Shown piece after piece: positions 46,393-54,833 of a stretch of DNA of 63,042 nt. Position 1 is the first letter of the stretch. Each line of letters opens with the position of its first letter. Location of the stretch: the NCBI GenBank assembly GCA_964644965.1, contig CAZXYN010000006.1:1-63042 (forward strand). The letters are read 5' to 3'. The stretch comes from an uncultured Candidatus Saccharibacteria bacterium (lineage in GTDB: Bacteria > Patescibacteriota > Saccharimonadia > Saccharimonadales > JACDBH01). Under the pieces are notes generated by a model. The model was not told the origin of the DNA, did no database searches, and saw only the letters and a program-made list of their open reading frames with translations. Made by a program: the position numbers and the translations under genes.

Positions 46393-47194
46393 AGCGACCT
46401 CCTGCTTGAGTATCAAGAATACTGTTAATGGTGCTCTGGCTGCCACCTGCGCCAATTTCCACCTCTGCACGCTGTCCATTCTGACCAAGCAAACAGAACA
46501 ACACCCCGTCTGACATCCGTGGCAAACTTGCTGGGTCTACAATATTGCTGGCATTAGCAAGTGGCGCTGGCGACAATCCGTAGAGCTGTATCAGCCCATT
46601 GCCGTCCGAATCACTGGGTAGACCAGATTGAGACAGCGGATTTATGAAGCCAACTCCATAGATACGCGAGGAGTTATCCAGATTGAATATCCGCCTGATT
46701 TCTAGCTGGAACGAGTGATTATAGGTCTCGTTGATGCCTGGAATAACCACTGGCTGAGCCTCTGCAATTGTCTCAACATCCCGACCATTTACTGCCCTAC
46801 GTCCAACAAGAGTCGATATCGTACTACTGATAGCCGGGTCGTTTGGAGTAATAACTTTACCTAGGAAAATACAGCCACTATTTGTACCTGTTACAGAGGG
46901 TTGGGAGTTACTAATATTTGGAGGCCCAGTAGCACCCACTGTGCAGGCAAAATCCGATTGATAGTAGCCGGTCGAGACGTCATTCATAATATTCTGTAGT
47001 TCAGCTTCAAAGGCTCTGACTGCCTGATTAAACTCTATTCGTGCTTGGCGGCCAGAAAACAGCAGAGCGATAGCTACAAACATCGCCGAAGATACAGCGA
47101 GCACTATCATCACCTCTGTAATCGTGTAGCCTGCCCCCGGCTCCCCTTTGCCGCCAGCCCGAGCAAGCCGACTAGAAATTAGCCAGCGCTTCAT
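46382..47194 (-). CDS. Type IV minor pilin (prepilin-type N-terminal domain)
   Basis: GEPGAG|YTITEVMIVLAVSSAMFVAIALLF. Confidence 0.7.
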   Translation of the reverse strand: MKRWLISSRLARAGGKGEPGAGYTITEVMIVLAVSSAMFVAIALLFSGRQARIEFNQAVRAFEAELQNIMNDVSTGYYQSDFACTVGATGPPNISNSQPSVTGTNSGCIFLGKVITPNDPAISSTISTLVGRRAVNGRDVETIAEAQPVVIPGINETYNHSFQLEIRRIFNLDNSSRIYGVGFINPLSQSGLPSDSDGNGLIQLYGLSPAPLANASNIVDPASLPRMSDGVLFCLLGQNGQRAEVEIGAGGSQSTINSILDTQAGGRCAE

Positions 47195-47331
47195 GTGATT
47201 TAGTATATTACTTCACGCCACGTAAGTCTATTACTCTTATGGTTGGACTTTCTTGGGTTCAGTATATAATCCTTCCTAATCGGTCGGATTATAGCATAAG
47301 CAACATTAGACAACAGAGGCAAATGACTATT

Positions 47332-47372
47332 CTAAAAAACACGATACCATGACTACATATTGTCATGGTATC
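47332..47372 (-). terminator. Rho-independent terminator/attenuator after pilD
   Basis: The minus strand reads GATACCATGAC-AATATGTA-GTCATGGTATC followed by GTGTTTTTT. Confidence 0.65.
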
Positions 47373-47389
47373 AGGGGTAGCTTAGTTGG

Positions 47390-48214
47390 CTAGAAACCAA
47401 GTACTGAGCGTTTATACCACTCAATCAGTGATTCACCGACCAAATAGACAAATATTGTCGCGATAATTAGAAACGGGCCAAATGGTATACGACTTTTGGT
47501 AGTAATCTTCTTGAGCATTAGTCCAGGTAGGATTACTACCGTACCTATACAAGACGCTAATAGTAGCACCAGGAACGCCTGTAGTGGGTTCTGGAGCAGT
47601 AATCCGATTATTACACCTAGATTCACATCGCCGCCGCCAATCCAGCGGCCACCAGACAGCTGAAACAGCAGGAAGAAAATGCCGCCAGCAATTATTACAC
47701 TATAAATAGTCGCTAGCAGCAGAGACCAGCCGCCACCAAATATAATATTCACGCTTGCCAGCACTCCTGCCACCACAATCAATGGGTAGACAATACGGTT
47801 TGGTAGCAGCATCCAGCGGAAATCATAAATAATGAGTGCCAAGAAACCCGTCAGGATGACGAGCCATGCCGCAAATTGAAAACCAGTCAGTAGATCAGAT
47901 TGGGTTGTATCTGGTATCAAAAGGTACGAAACTGCAAATAACACCGCTAGTGTTAGCTCTACCACTGGGTATTGCCAGCCAATCGGTTTGCGACAGTAAC
48001 GACATTTGCCAGCAAGACTAAGCCAGCTAAATAGCGGTATTAGGTCATACCATGCCAGCTGATGCTTGCAGTGTGTACACATACTGCGACCGTTGACTAT
48101 AGAAAGCTCTGGATGCTTCTTTTTTTTGCCAGATTGTTCGTGTACCCGCCAGACAAGCGCATTAACAAAACTACCAAAGAAAAGCCCCAGCAAAAACCAG
48201 ATTAAGATAAGCAT
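47390..48214 (-). CDS. pilD: Prepilin peptidase / N-methyltransferase (peptidase A24)
   Basis: 274 aa, polytopic. The N-terminal Cys pairs are CTHCKHQL...CRYCRKPI and the conserved GGGDVNLG motif is present. Confidence 0.9.
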   Translation of the reverse strand: MLILIWFLLGLFFGSFVNALVWRVHEQSGKKKKHPELSIVNGRSMCTHCKHQLAWYDLIPLFSWLSLAGKCRYCRKPIGWQYPVVELTLAVLFAVSYLLIPDTTQSDLLTGFQFAAWLVILTGFLALIIYDFRWMLLPNRIVYPLIVVAGVLASVNIIFGGGWSLLLATIYSVIIAGGIFFLLFQLSGGRWIGGGDVNLGVIIGLLLQNPLQAFLVLLLASCIGTVVILPGLMLKKITTKSRIPFGPFLIIATIFVYLVGESLIEWYKRSVLGF

Positions 48215-48232
48215 GAGCCTATACTACCATAC

Positions 48233-48268
48233 AAATAAAAACAGCCCCGTAGACGAGGGCTGTTTTTA
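48233..48268 (-). terminator. Rho-independent terminator after the major pilin gene
   Basis: The minus strand reads AAAAACAGCCC-TCGTCTACG-GGGCTGTTTTTATTT. Confidence 0.75.
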
Positions 48269-48283
48269 TAATTCAGCATTTGC

Positions 48284-48736
48284 TTAATTAGATTGTGAAC
48301 CAATACAACGTGTAACACTTGGTTCAAGCACATATAGAACAACAAAGTCTCTTGATGTTGGTGAACCACTAGTATTTATTCCGGCACCTTCGTCATTGCA
48401 GACCGCATTAAAACGGTAGTTAGCTCCGGTTGTACTACCTGTTGCTGTTGTGCTGTAGGCAAGCGTTTCAAGCTGCGAAGTCTCACCGACAATAACATTG
48501 TTTACGTTCCCACAACCATTTGTTGTGTGCGTTGAGCCATTGCGGTTAGCCAAACACTCACTGATAGCAGCCGACATACGGGATGCATCATTGTTACGTG
48601 CGTTGTTACGCTGGTTTCGTTGCAAGGCTGGAATAGCCAAGAACACAATCAACATGATTAGACCCGCGATAGCGAGCACAATCAAGACTTCGATGATCGT
48701 GAAACCCTTTTGATCTTTTTGTAATTTACTTAACAT
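48284..48736 (-). CDS. pilA: Major type IV pilin
   Basis: 150 aa with QKDQKG|FTIIEVLIVLAIAGLIMLIVFLAIP. It lies between pilC and pilD and has its own strong terminator. Confidence 0.8.
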   Translation of the reverse strand: MLSKLQKDQKGFTIIEVLIVLAIAGLIMLIVFLAIPALQRNQRNNARNNDASRMSAAISECLANRNGSTHTTNGCGNVNNVIVGETSQLETLAYSTTATGSTTGANYRFNAVCNDEGAGINTSGSPTSRDFVVLYVLEPSVTRCIGSQSN

Positions 48737-48842
48737 AGCGCAAATGCCCCCTTTGACTAATGCATGTTAATTCTATGTATGACCTGATGATACAGTCCTC
48801 TCTATTAAAACACAAGCATTTTAGAGAGGAAACCTCTACTAC

Positions 48843-50066
48843 TTATCCACCTAGACCAGACTGCCCAGCCAATCCGTAGATTGGTAATAGGATTGCAGCA
48901 ACCATAATAAAGGCCACTATACCTAGAGCAATCATCATGACAGGCTCGATGATTGTAGAGATAGTTTTAATCTGTTGATCGACTTCTTTTTCGTAATAAT
49001 CGGCAATCTTTTCGAGCATCTGTTCTATCTGTCCGGATTCTTCACCAATCTTGAGCATCTTTGGCACTAATTCTAGGAAGTTGGGGTCGTTTTCGAGCGC
49101 AAATGACAGTGATTTACCACCACGTACCTTGTCCATAGCTTTGTTTATGGATCTCTCAACATGGACGTTGTTGATAGACCTAGCCACAATATCAAGCACT
49201 TGCAGCAGTGGCACACCACTTGCTACTAGGGTTGCAGCTGTACGGGCAAATCGAGCCATGTAGAGCTTCATAAACAGTTCACCAATTGGCCAGGCCCGCA
49301 TTTTTGCCTTGTCTATTACTTCTTTACCCGGGCCTGTCCGTGCCCATTTGGTAGTAACAAAGCCGAGTACAACCGTGATAATAATAACCAGCCACCAGAA
49401 ATTAATTACAAAATCCGAGACTGCCAGCAACATACGTGTAGTAATAGGTAAACTCGCACCCGCCATACCCTCATAAATGTTCTTGACCTGCGGCAAAACG
49501 CTAACCACCATGAAGCCCATGACACCACCCATGACTAGCAGAACGATACCAGGGTAAGCCATAGCACCACGCACCTTGGACATAATTTCGGCGTCTTTCT
49601 CTTGCTGGAATGCAATACGCTCTAGCGCCTTGTCGAGTGTACCCGACGTCTCACCGGCGGCAACTAGATTGACGAAAATCTGATTAAAGACTTTTGGATG
49701 CCTGGCTAGTGCATCAGAGAATGTACTACCTGCCTCGATATCGGCAATTACATGAGATATTACTACCTTGAGTGGCTTGCTCTGGGTCTGATCTAGAACA
49801 CTACGCAGACTCTGTACCAGAGGTAAGCCTGCGTTAATGAGCGTTGACAGCTGACGTGCAAACAGAATTCTGTCTTTGGCTTTTACGCGGTTCTTGAACT
49901 TCGAGAGTGGATTGTCTCCGCCAGACTCTTTGAGCACGATATCTATAGGTGCCAGGCCGGATTCACGCACTAATTTAGCGGCAGCTTGTTCGCTGTCTGC
50001 TTGGACTTCGGCCTTTACCTTCTCGCCGGTCTTGCTGTCGCGAGCGGTGTACTTAAAAGTTAACAT
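48843..50066 (-). CDS. pilC: Type IV pilus platform protein (GspF/PilC family)
   Basis: 407 aa. Two T2SS-F repeats (FARQLSTLINAGLPL..., FARTAATLVASGVPLL) and three TM segments. Confidence 0.9.
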   Translation of the reverse strand: MLTFKYTARDSKTGEKVKAEVQADSEQAAAKLVRESGLAPIDIVLKESGGDNPLSKFKNRVKAKDRILFARQLSTLINAGLPLVQSLRSVLDQTQSKPLKVVISHVIADIEAGSTFSDALARHPKVFNQIFVNLVAAGETSGTLDKALERIAFQQEKDAEIMSKVRGAMAYPGIVLLVMGGVMGFMVVSVLPQVKNIYEGMAGASLPITTRMLLAVSDFVINFWWLVIIITVVLGFVTTKWARTGPGKEVIDKAKMRAWPIGELFMKLYMARFARTAATLVASGVPLLQVLDIVARSINNVHVERSINKAMDKVRGGKSLSFALENDPNFLELVPKMLKIGEESGQIEQMLEKIADYYEKEVDQQIKTISTIIEPVMMIALGIVAFIMVAAILLPIYGLAGQSGLGG

Positions 50067-50083
50067 GAGCTAGCTCCTGTTAA

Positions 50084-50171
50084 CTCAATATTCAATTTAC
50101 AATTTACAATTTTCAATAAACGCATCGAACCCGTGCTGTTTGATAATTGATAATTGATAATTGATAATTGG
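50084..50171. repeat. CAATTNN heptad-array intergenic element, copy B
   Basis: The left arm is CTCAATATTCAATTTACAATTTACAATTTTCAATAAA and the core is CGCATCGAACCCGTG. The right arm is CTGTTTGATAATTGATAATTGATAATTGATAATTGG. It lies between the pilT stop and the pilC start. Confidence 0.8.
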
Positions 50172-50181
50172 AGCACCGCGA

Positions 50182-51255
50182 TTATCCTCTCATTAGCCTA
50201 TCTAATTCATCAATATCAACCGCAAAGTTACGAGCCTCTTCGTAGCTAATTGTGCCAGCATGGATGAGGTTCACCAGCGTCTTGTCCATGCTCTGCATAC
50301 CAAACTCAGCGCCCGTCTGAATAACTGCGTCTAGTTGGTGACTCTTGCCTTCGCGGATAATATTTCGGACTGCAGGTGTGCCTATCAGGACTTCTGCAGC
50401 AACCACACGGCCACCGCCAATAGATGGAATTAGGCGCTGCGAACAGATAGCCATCAAGATATTACTAAGCTGCGAACGGATTTGTGGCTGCTGGTGCGGC
50501 GGAAAAACATCAATCATGCGATCAATACTCTGAGCCGCCGAGTTGGTGTGCAGTGTTGCAAATACAAGGTGACCTGTCTCTGCGATTGTAATCGCCGCGG
50601 CGATTGTTTCTAGGTCACGCATCTCACCAATTAGCACTACGTCAGGATCTTGACGCAAGCTACTGCGAAGAGCGGCACTAAAGCTAAATGTATCGTAGTG
50701 AACTTCTCGCTGTACAACCACAGATTTGTTCGATTTGTGCGTAAATTCGATTGGGTCTTCGATGGTCACGATGTGGCTGGCGCGTTCGGCATTGATTTTG
50801 TGAATCAGCGAAGCCAGTGTCGTAGATTTACCAGAACCAGTAGGTCCGGTCACAAGCACCAGTCCACGCGGGTATTCTGTGAATTTAGTCATAATTGGCG
50901 GCAAGCCAAGCTGCTCTACGGTCACAATTTCGTTTGGAATTAGACGCAGGGCTGCAGCCAAATTTCCGCGCTCATGGAAGGCATTAACACGGAATCGTCC
51001 CAGATCGCCAAAGGCAAAACTAAAGTCGAATTCCTTGTCTTTGAGCAAAATCTGCTTCTGATCCTCGTCTAGAATTGCGAATATAAGTGTCTCGACCGCT
51101 TCTTCGCTAAGTGCTTCGGCCGATGCTACAGGCACTAGCGAACCATCGACACGTAATGTCGGCGGCAAGCCAACTTGCAAGTGCAAGTCGGATGCCTTTT
51201 TTTTGATAACTTCTTCAAGTAATACTTCGATGCGTGGTTGCGCTGAGGCCGCCAT
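50182..51255 (-). CDS. pilT: Twitching-motility retraction ATPase
   Basis: 357 aa. Walker A is GPTGSGKSTT. AHLVFATLHTN-type motifs GHLVFATLHTNSAAQSIDR are present. Confidence 0.9.
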   Translation of the reverse strand: MAASAQPRIEVLLEEVIKKKASDLHLQVGLPPTLRVDGSLVPVASAEALSEEAVETLIFAILDEDQKQILLKDKEFDFSFAFGDLGRFRVNAFHERGNLAAALRLIPNEIVTVEQLGLPPIMTKFTEYPRGLVLVTGPTGSGKSTTLASLIHKINAERASHIVTIEDPIEFTHKSNKSVVVQREVHYDTFSFSAALRSSLRQDPDVVLIGEMRDLETIAAAITIAETGHLVFATLHTNSAAQSIDRMIDVFPPHQQPQIRSQLSNILMAICSQRLIPSIGGGRVVAAEVLIGTPAVRNIIREGKSHQLDAVIQTGAEFGMQSMDKTLVNLIHAGTISYEEARNFAVDIDELDRLMRG

Positions 51256-51302
51256 GTTAGGTGTCCTTTCCTCTTTGTGTTTTCATAGTCCCTCCCCCTT
51301 CT

Positions 51303-53072
51303 TTAGGCTGCATCATCTGATGCAACGCGTGAAATTTCAGCCATTGTTGTCCTACCTGCCAGAGCTTTGAAATAACCATCTTGCTGCATAGTTACCATAC
51401 CCTCGGCCTGGGCAGCTTTCTGGATTTCTGAGCTGGTTGATCGCTTCATGATGAGATCCTGGATCGATTCCGTAACCTCAAAGACTTCATATAGACCAAC
51501 TCTACCCTTGTAGCCACCAGGGGCATCGGTAGTATCTTTGCCCTTGTACAAAGTATAAGCGTTTTGGTCACGAAGTGGCAAGGTCTCATACCCCAAATCT
51601 TTGGCAGCGGCTGCCATGTCAGCTTCTTTTTCTGGCAAAAGTTCGCCTAGGTGCTGCTTTATTATCGATGTTTCATTCTTGTCTGATTCGTATTTTTCAG
51701 GGGTAGCTAGCCGACGCACAAGTCGCTGACCAATAACTGCGCGCACTGTACTGGCAATAAGAAACGGCTCGATACCCATATCAAGCAAACGCGGCAAAAT
51801 ACCGGCGGCAGAGTTGGTATGCAAGGTGCTAAACACAAGGTGACCTGTCAGCGCAGCCTGGACAGCCAGGTTGGCCGTCTCGGCATCACGAATCTCACCA
51901 ACCATTACTACATCTGGGTCTTGTCGCAGCACCGAACGAAGCCCGGCAGCAAATGTCAGGCCAACATCGGCATTTATTTGAATCTGATTAATACCGTTCA
52001 TCTTATACTCGACTGGGTCTTCAAGTGTAACGATGTTAATAGAGTCGTCCTTAATTTCCTGAATCAATGCGTACAAGCTGGTACTCTTACCAGAACCAGT
52101 AGGACCAGAGGTCAAAATCATACCATTAGGGTTAGCTATACCCTTTCTGATCGTCCTGAGCGCCCGACCTGTATAACCCATGTCTTCTAGTTTGAGGCTA
52201 GTTCCGGACTTGTCGAGCAAACGAATTACCACCTGCTCACCCCAGACAACTGGCGAGATTGCGATACGTAGATCAATTTCTTTGGCGTCTACCTTAATCG
52301 TAAATTGTCCGTCCTGCGGAATGCGGTGCTCGTCAATCTTAAGATTGCTCAGAATCTTGATACGGCTTACTAGCGGTGCTTCGGTGCTCTTTGGTAGCTT
52401 CATGATTTCACGCAAAACTCCGTCGATTCGGGCACGAATTTTGAGCTCGTTCTCTAGTGGCTCGATATGAATATCACTGGCGCGATTCTTAGCTGCGTAC
52501 TCCAGAATTGTGCTCAGCGCCTTGCTGATTGGCGAATCTTGCACAATGGTGCGGATTGATTTGTCTTTGCTTTGGTTTATAGAATTTTCTTGAGTTTCTT
52601 CGGCAGCATCAGTAAACGAATTATCGAGTTTGGCCTTGTACTGCATCAGCGCCGAACGAATACCTTGCTCTGAGGCAGTGTATACCTTGAGAGGACGACC
52701 AATTTTGTTGCTCAGGAAATCAACTGCCTGGACATTGTCGGCATCTAGCATAGCCACAACCAACCTATGCTGCATTTCGCCAAGAGGAATCGCCATATAA
52801 CGCTCTGCTATGTCTTGCGGCAATAGCTCGAGCGTGGCTGGATCAATTGGTGCGTTAGACAAATTTACATACGGAATCTTAGTGACTTGGGAGGTAACTT
52901 TGGTAAGATCTTCTGCGTCAACGCCGCCTTCTGATACAAGCAAGCCAAACAGTGCCGTTTTTTCTTTTTCGGCCTTACCGCGCAGACTATCAAGTCTGCC
53001 TTGATCAATCAGACCCTCTTTTACTAACTGTTCCTCTACCTGCTTTTGGGTGGCAGCTGATAAGACACTCAC
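51303..53072 (-). CDS. pilB: Type IV pilus assembly ATPase (GspE/PilB family)
   Basis: 589 aa with an N-terminal GSPII_E_N-like domain. Walker A is GPTGSGKSTS, followed by GHLVFSTLHTNSAAG. Confidence 0.9.
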   Translation of the reverse strand: MSVLSAATQKQVEEQLVKEGLIDQGRLDSLRGKAEKEKTALFGLLVSEGGVDAEDLTKVTSQVTKIPYVNLSNAPIDPATLELLPQDIAERYMAIPLGEMQHRLVVAMLDADNVQAVDFLSNKIGRPLKVYTASEQGIRSALMQYKAKLDNSFTDAAEETQENSINQSKDKSIRTIVQDSPISKALSTILEYAAKNRASDIHIEPLENELKIRARIDGVLREIMKLPKSTEAPLVSRIKILSNLKIDEHRIPQDGQFTIKVDAKEIDLRIAISPVVWGEQVVIRLLDKSGTSLKLEDMGYTGRALRTIRKGIANPNGMILTSGPTGSGKSTSLYALIQEIKDDSINIVTLEDPVEYKMNGINQIQINADVGLTFAAGLRSVLRQDPDVVMVGEIRDAETANLAVQAALTGHLVFSTLHTNSAAGILPRLLDMGIEPFLIASTVRAVIGQRLVRRLATPEKYESDKNETSIIKQHLGELLPEKEADMAAAAKDLGYETLPLRDQNAYTLYKGKDTTDAPGGYKGRVGLYEVFEVTESIQDLIMKRSTSSEIQKAAQAEGMVTMQQDGYFKALAGRTTMAEISRVASDDAA

Positions 53073-53093
53073 GAGGCATCTCCCCTTTCGTGC

Positions 53094-53333
53094 TTAATCA
53101 GCAAACGGTTGATTATTACTATTTGGCGCAATTTCAATCCGTACCGTTGGGTTAATCGCGTTGGTATTGAAGACTTCGTTACTCGGCAGCGGAAAATCAG
53201 CTGTGATTGGCGTAACGACCTGTGCCGTTTCTTTTTGATCACTAGGTGTAATAAATTTGCTAGAGATAATAAACGAGAAAACTCCAGCGAAGACCACGAT
53301 TGCAATCAGAGCGGCTATGTCTTGTTGTTTCAT
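53094..53333 (-). CDS. Small membrane-anchored protein in the pilus operon (possible PilP-like accessory)
   Basis: 79 aa with an N-terminal TM (IAALIAIVVFAGVFSFII). It sits between the pilO-like gene and pilB. I prefer it over the overlapping alternative frame 53069-53305. Confidence 0.45.
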   Translation of the reverse strand: MKQQDIAALIAIVVFAGVFSFIISSKFITPSDQKETAQVVTPITADFPLPSNEVFNTNAINPTVRIEIAPNSNNQPFAD

Positions 53334-53364
53334 CTGGCTTCCTTTCGCTGCTTGGTTATATTCA

Positions 53365-54051
53365 TTAGTTTACAACCTCCGAGGTAATTTTCATGCCCGT
53401 ATCCGGTTGGTAGTAGGTCTTGCCATTCACTCCCACTTCGAGTAATGAGTTTGTACCATCTAGCTCTATGCGTACGAGGTTAAATGGTCGGATTGACAGG
53501 TCAAAGGTCTTGAGCAAATCTTTAAAGCCTGTGTAACTTGTTGTCACATCGAACGAGAAAGGTATTTCCACTGGGCTGCCTTCGGCTGCTTCTTGTTGGG
53601 CAACAACATCGTCACTACCACCGATGCCTTCTATTGAATAACCAAACAATAGTTTTTCGATACTTGACGTAAGCGCTGGGAAGTCATATGTATTTGGCAA
53701 TGCGTCCAGAATCAATGTGCTGTTCGAACCATCTCGTGGACCAGTGCCCTCTGGTGTTCCACCAAGCAAGTTTGGATTCTGAGTATCAAATTTTTCGTAC
53801 GACTCCTCTAGAGCTGCTACTGCAATTTTGTTTTCTTCGAGCTGCTGTACGGCGATCTCTTTCTTGTCTGCAACTTTACCCAGATAGGCAGACTGGCTCC
53901 ATAGACCCTTGCTGACCATCAGAGCACCTACTGTAATAACCGAAGCTACCGCAACCAGCGCAAAGATGGTCGTTTGATTCTTGTCGACTGCAGCTCTTTT
54001 TGAGCTCTTTTGATTATTCTGCATCTTCGCCTCCTGCAGCAGAGCCATCAA
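53365..54051 (-). CDS. PilO-like pilus assembly protein (TM + coiled coil + C-terminal domain)
   Basis: 228 aa. It has a single TM (TIFALVAVASVITVGALMV) followed by a coiled-coil region, and it occupies the position after pilN. Confidence 0.45.
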   Translation of the reverse strand: MMALLQEAKMQNNQKSSKRAAVDKNQTTIFALVAVASVITVGALMVSKGLWSQSAYLGKVADKKEIAVQQLEENKIAVAALEESYEKFDTQNPNLLGGTPEGTGPRDGSNSTLILDALPNTYDFPALTSSIEKLLFGYSIEGIGGSDDVVAQQEAAEGSPVEIPFSFDVTTSYTGFKDLLKTFDLSIRPFNLVRIELDGTNSLLEVGVNGKTYYQPDTGMKITSEVVN

Positions 54052-54694
54052 ATAAATCTGATGGGGTTGCCTGCGCTCTAGTGGTTACGGTACTTGGGAC
54101 AATAAGTTCAACATCCAGGGTTGCGTCAAAAATTCTCGGATCAAAGGTCAGTGATATTGTGAAGCTAGCTTCTTTGTCATCACGGCCAAACTGAGTCAAT
54201 ACAACATTTGTGAATGCCGCTACAGGTTCAGCGCCTTCTTCTGGTACAAAGGTCGTGAACTTTAGAGTATCGACGTATGCATTAACTTGCTCGAGACTGG
54301 TTGCGGTACCAGACATTTCTATAGTGCTGGTTGAAAAATCTAGTGATAAGCGGCCTAGCCCAACGTCTACAGGTGTAGTCTGGTCAAGATATGTTGTCAG
54401 CCTATCAGCAGCTGGGCGACCGTCATATAAAGCCGGCAGACTATTTAGCTGGTTTTGTACACTCAATATCTTGTTTAATTCTTCGTTTGTCTGTAGTTCC
54501 GCAGTTAGCGCGGCGATGTCAGCATCTAGGTTCTTGATGTGCTGTTTTTGCACGGCAGAATACGAGAACATTATTATCAATATACCTATAGATACACCGA
54601 CCGATATAAAGGAAACTAGCGTTACCGTCCGCTTCATCTTCTGCGATTTGATGTGCTGAACTTTTACATCTGGGAGTAGGTTAAACTGAATCAT
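54014..54694 (-). CDS. pilN: PilN-like pilus assembly protein
   Basis: MIQFNLLPDVKVQHIK (the INLLP-type motif) is followed by a TM and a coiled coil. I chose the start at ATG 54694 (RBS GGAGAGGG); the track ORF extends into the inserted element. Confidence 0.65.
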   Translation of the reverse strand: MIQFNLLPDVKVQHIKSQKMKRTVTLVSFISVGVSIGILIIMFSYSAVQKQHIKNLDADIAALTAELQTNEELNKILSVQNQLNSLPALYDGRPAADRLTTYLDQTTPVDVGLGRLSLDFSTSTIEMSGTATSLEQVNAYVDTLKFTTFVPEEGAEPVAAFTNVVLTQFGRDDKEASFTISLTFDPRIFDATLDVELIVPSTVTTRAQATPSDLFDGSAAGGEDAE

Positions 54695-54833
54695 TATTCT
54701 GCCCTCTCCGCTAGGATTTTGAGAGGGGCGCATCCCCTCTCAACGCGCGGTGCAACGGAATAAATCCGTATGCTCCGGCTGCTCTCCCCTGCTAAAAATC
54801 GGTTGCTCAATACAATCATTCTGCTCTCTCCGC
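54689..54833 (-). repeat. Small structured insertion element (copy 2) between pilM and pilN, flanked by an imperfect ~22-bp duplication of the pilM-stop/pilN-start junction
   Basis: On the minus strand, GCGGAGAGAGCAGAATGATT (DR1) and GCGGAGAGGGCAGAATAATGATT (DR2) flank the element. Inside are a module 54744-54789, about 85% identical to 44090-44135, and a 10-bp hairpin TTGAGAGGGG/CCCCTCTCAA (54719-54743). Confidence 0.85.

Noticed and set aside
37064-47372. A relationship between the nrdR palindrome (ATGACAATATATTGTCAT) and the similar CATGAC.ACATATTGTCATGG hairpin after pilD
   Set aside because: The second sequence is followed on the transcribed strand by a U-run and behaves as an ordinary terminator. 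The shared core is short and AT-rich, so it was not treated as a second NrdR site.
50084-50171. A CRISPR or other spacer-containing array
   Set aside because: The repeat unit is 7 nt with no spacers. The arrays are inverted around a core, and no cas genes are present in the window.
53069-53305. A 78-aa ORF overlapping pilB and the 79-aa TM protein gene
   Set aside because: It is an alternative frame of the same DNA with no hydrophobic segment or RBS. The 53094-53333 frame encodes a plausible signal-anchor protein.
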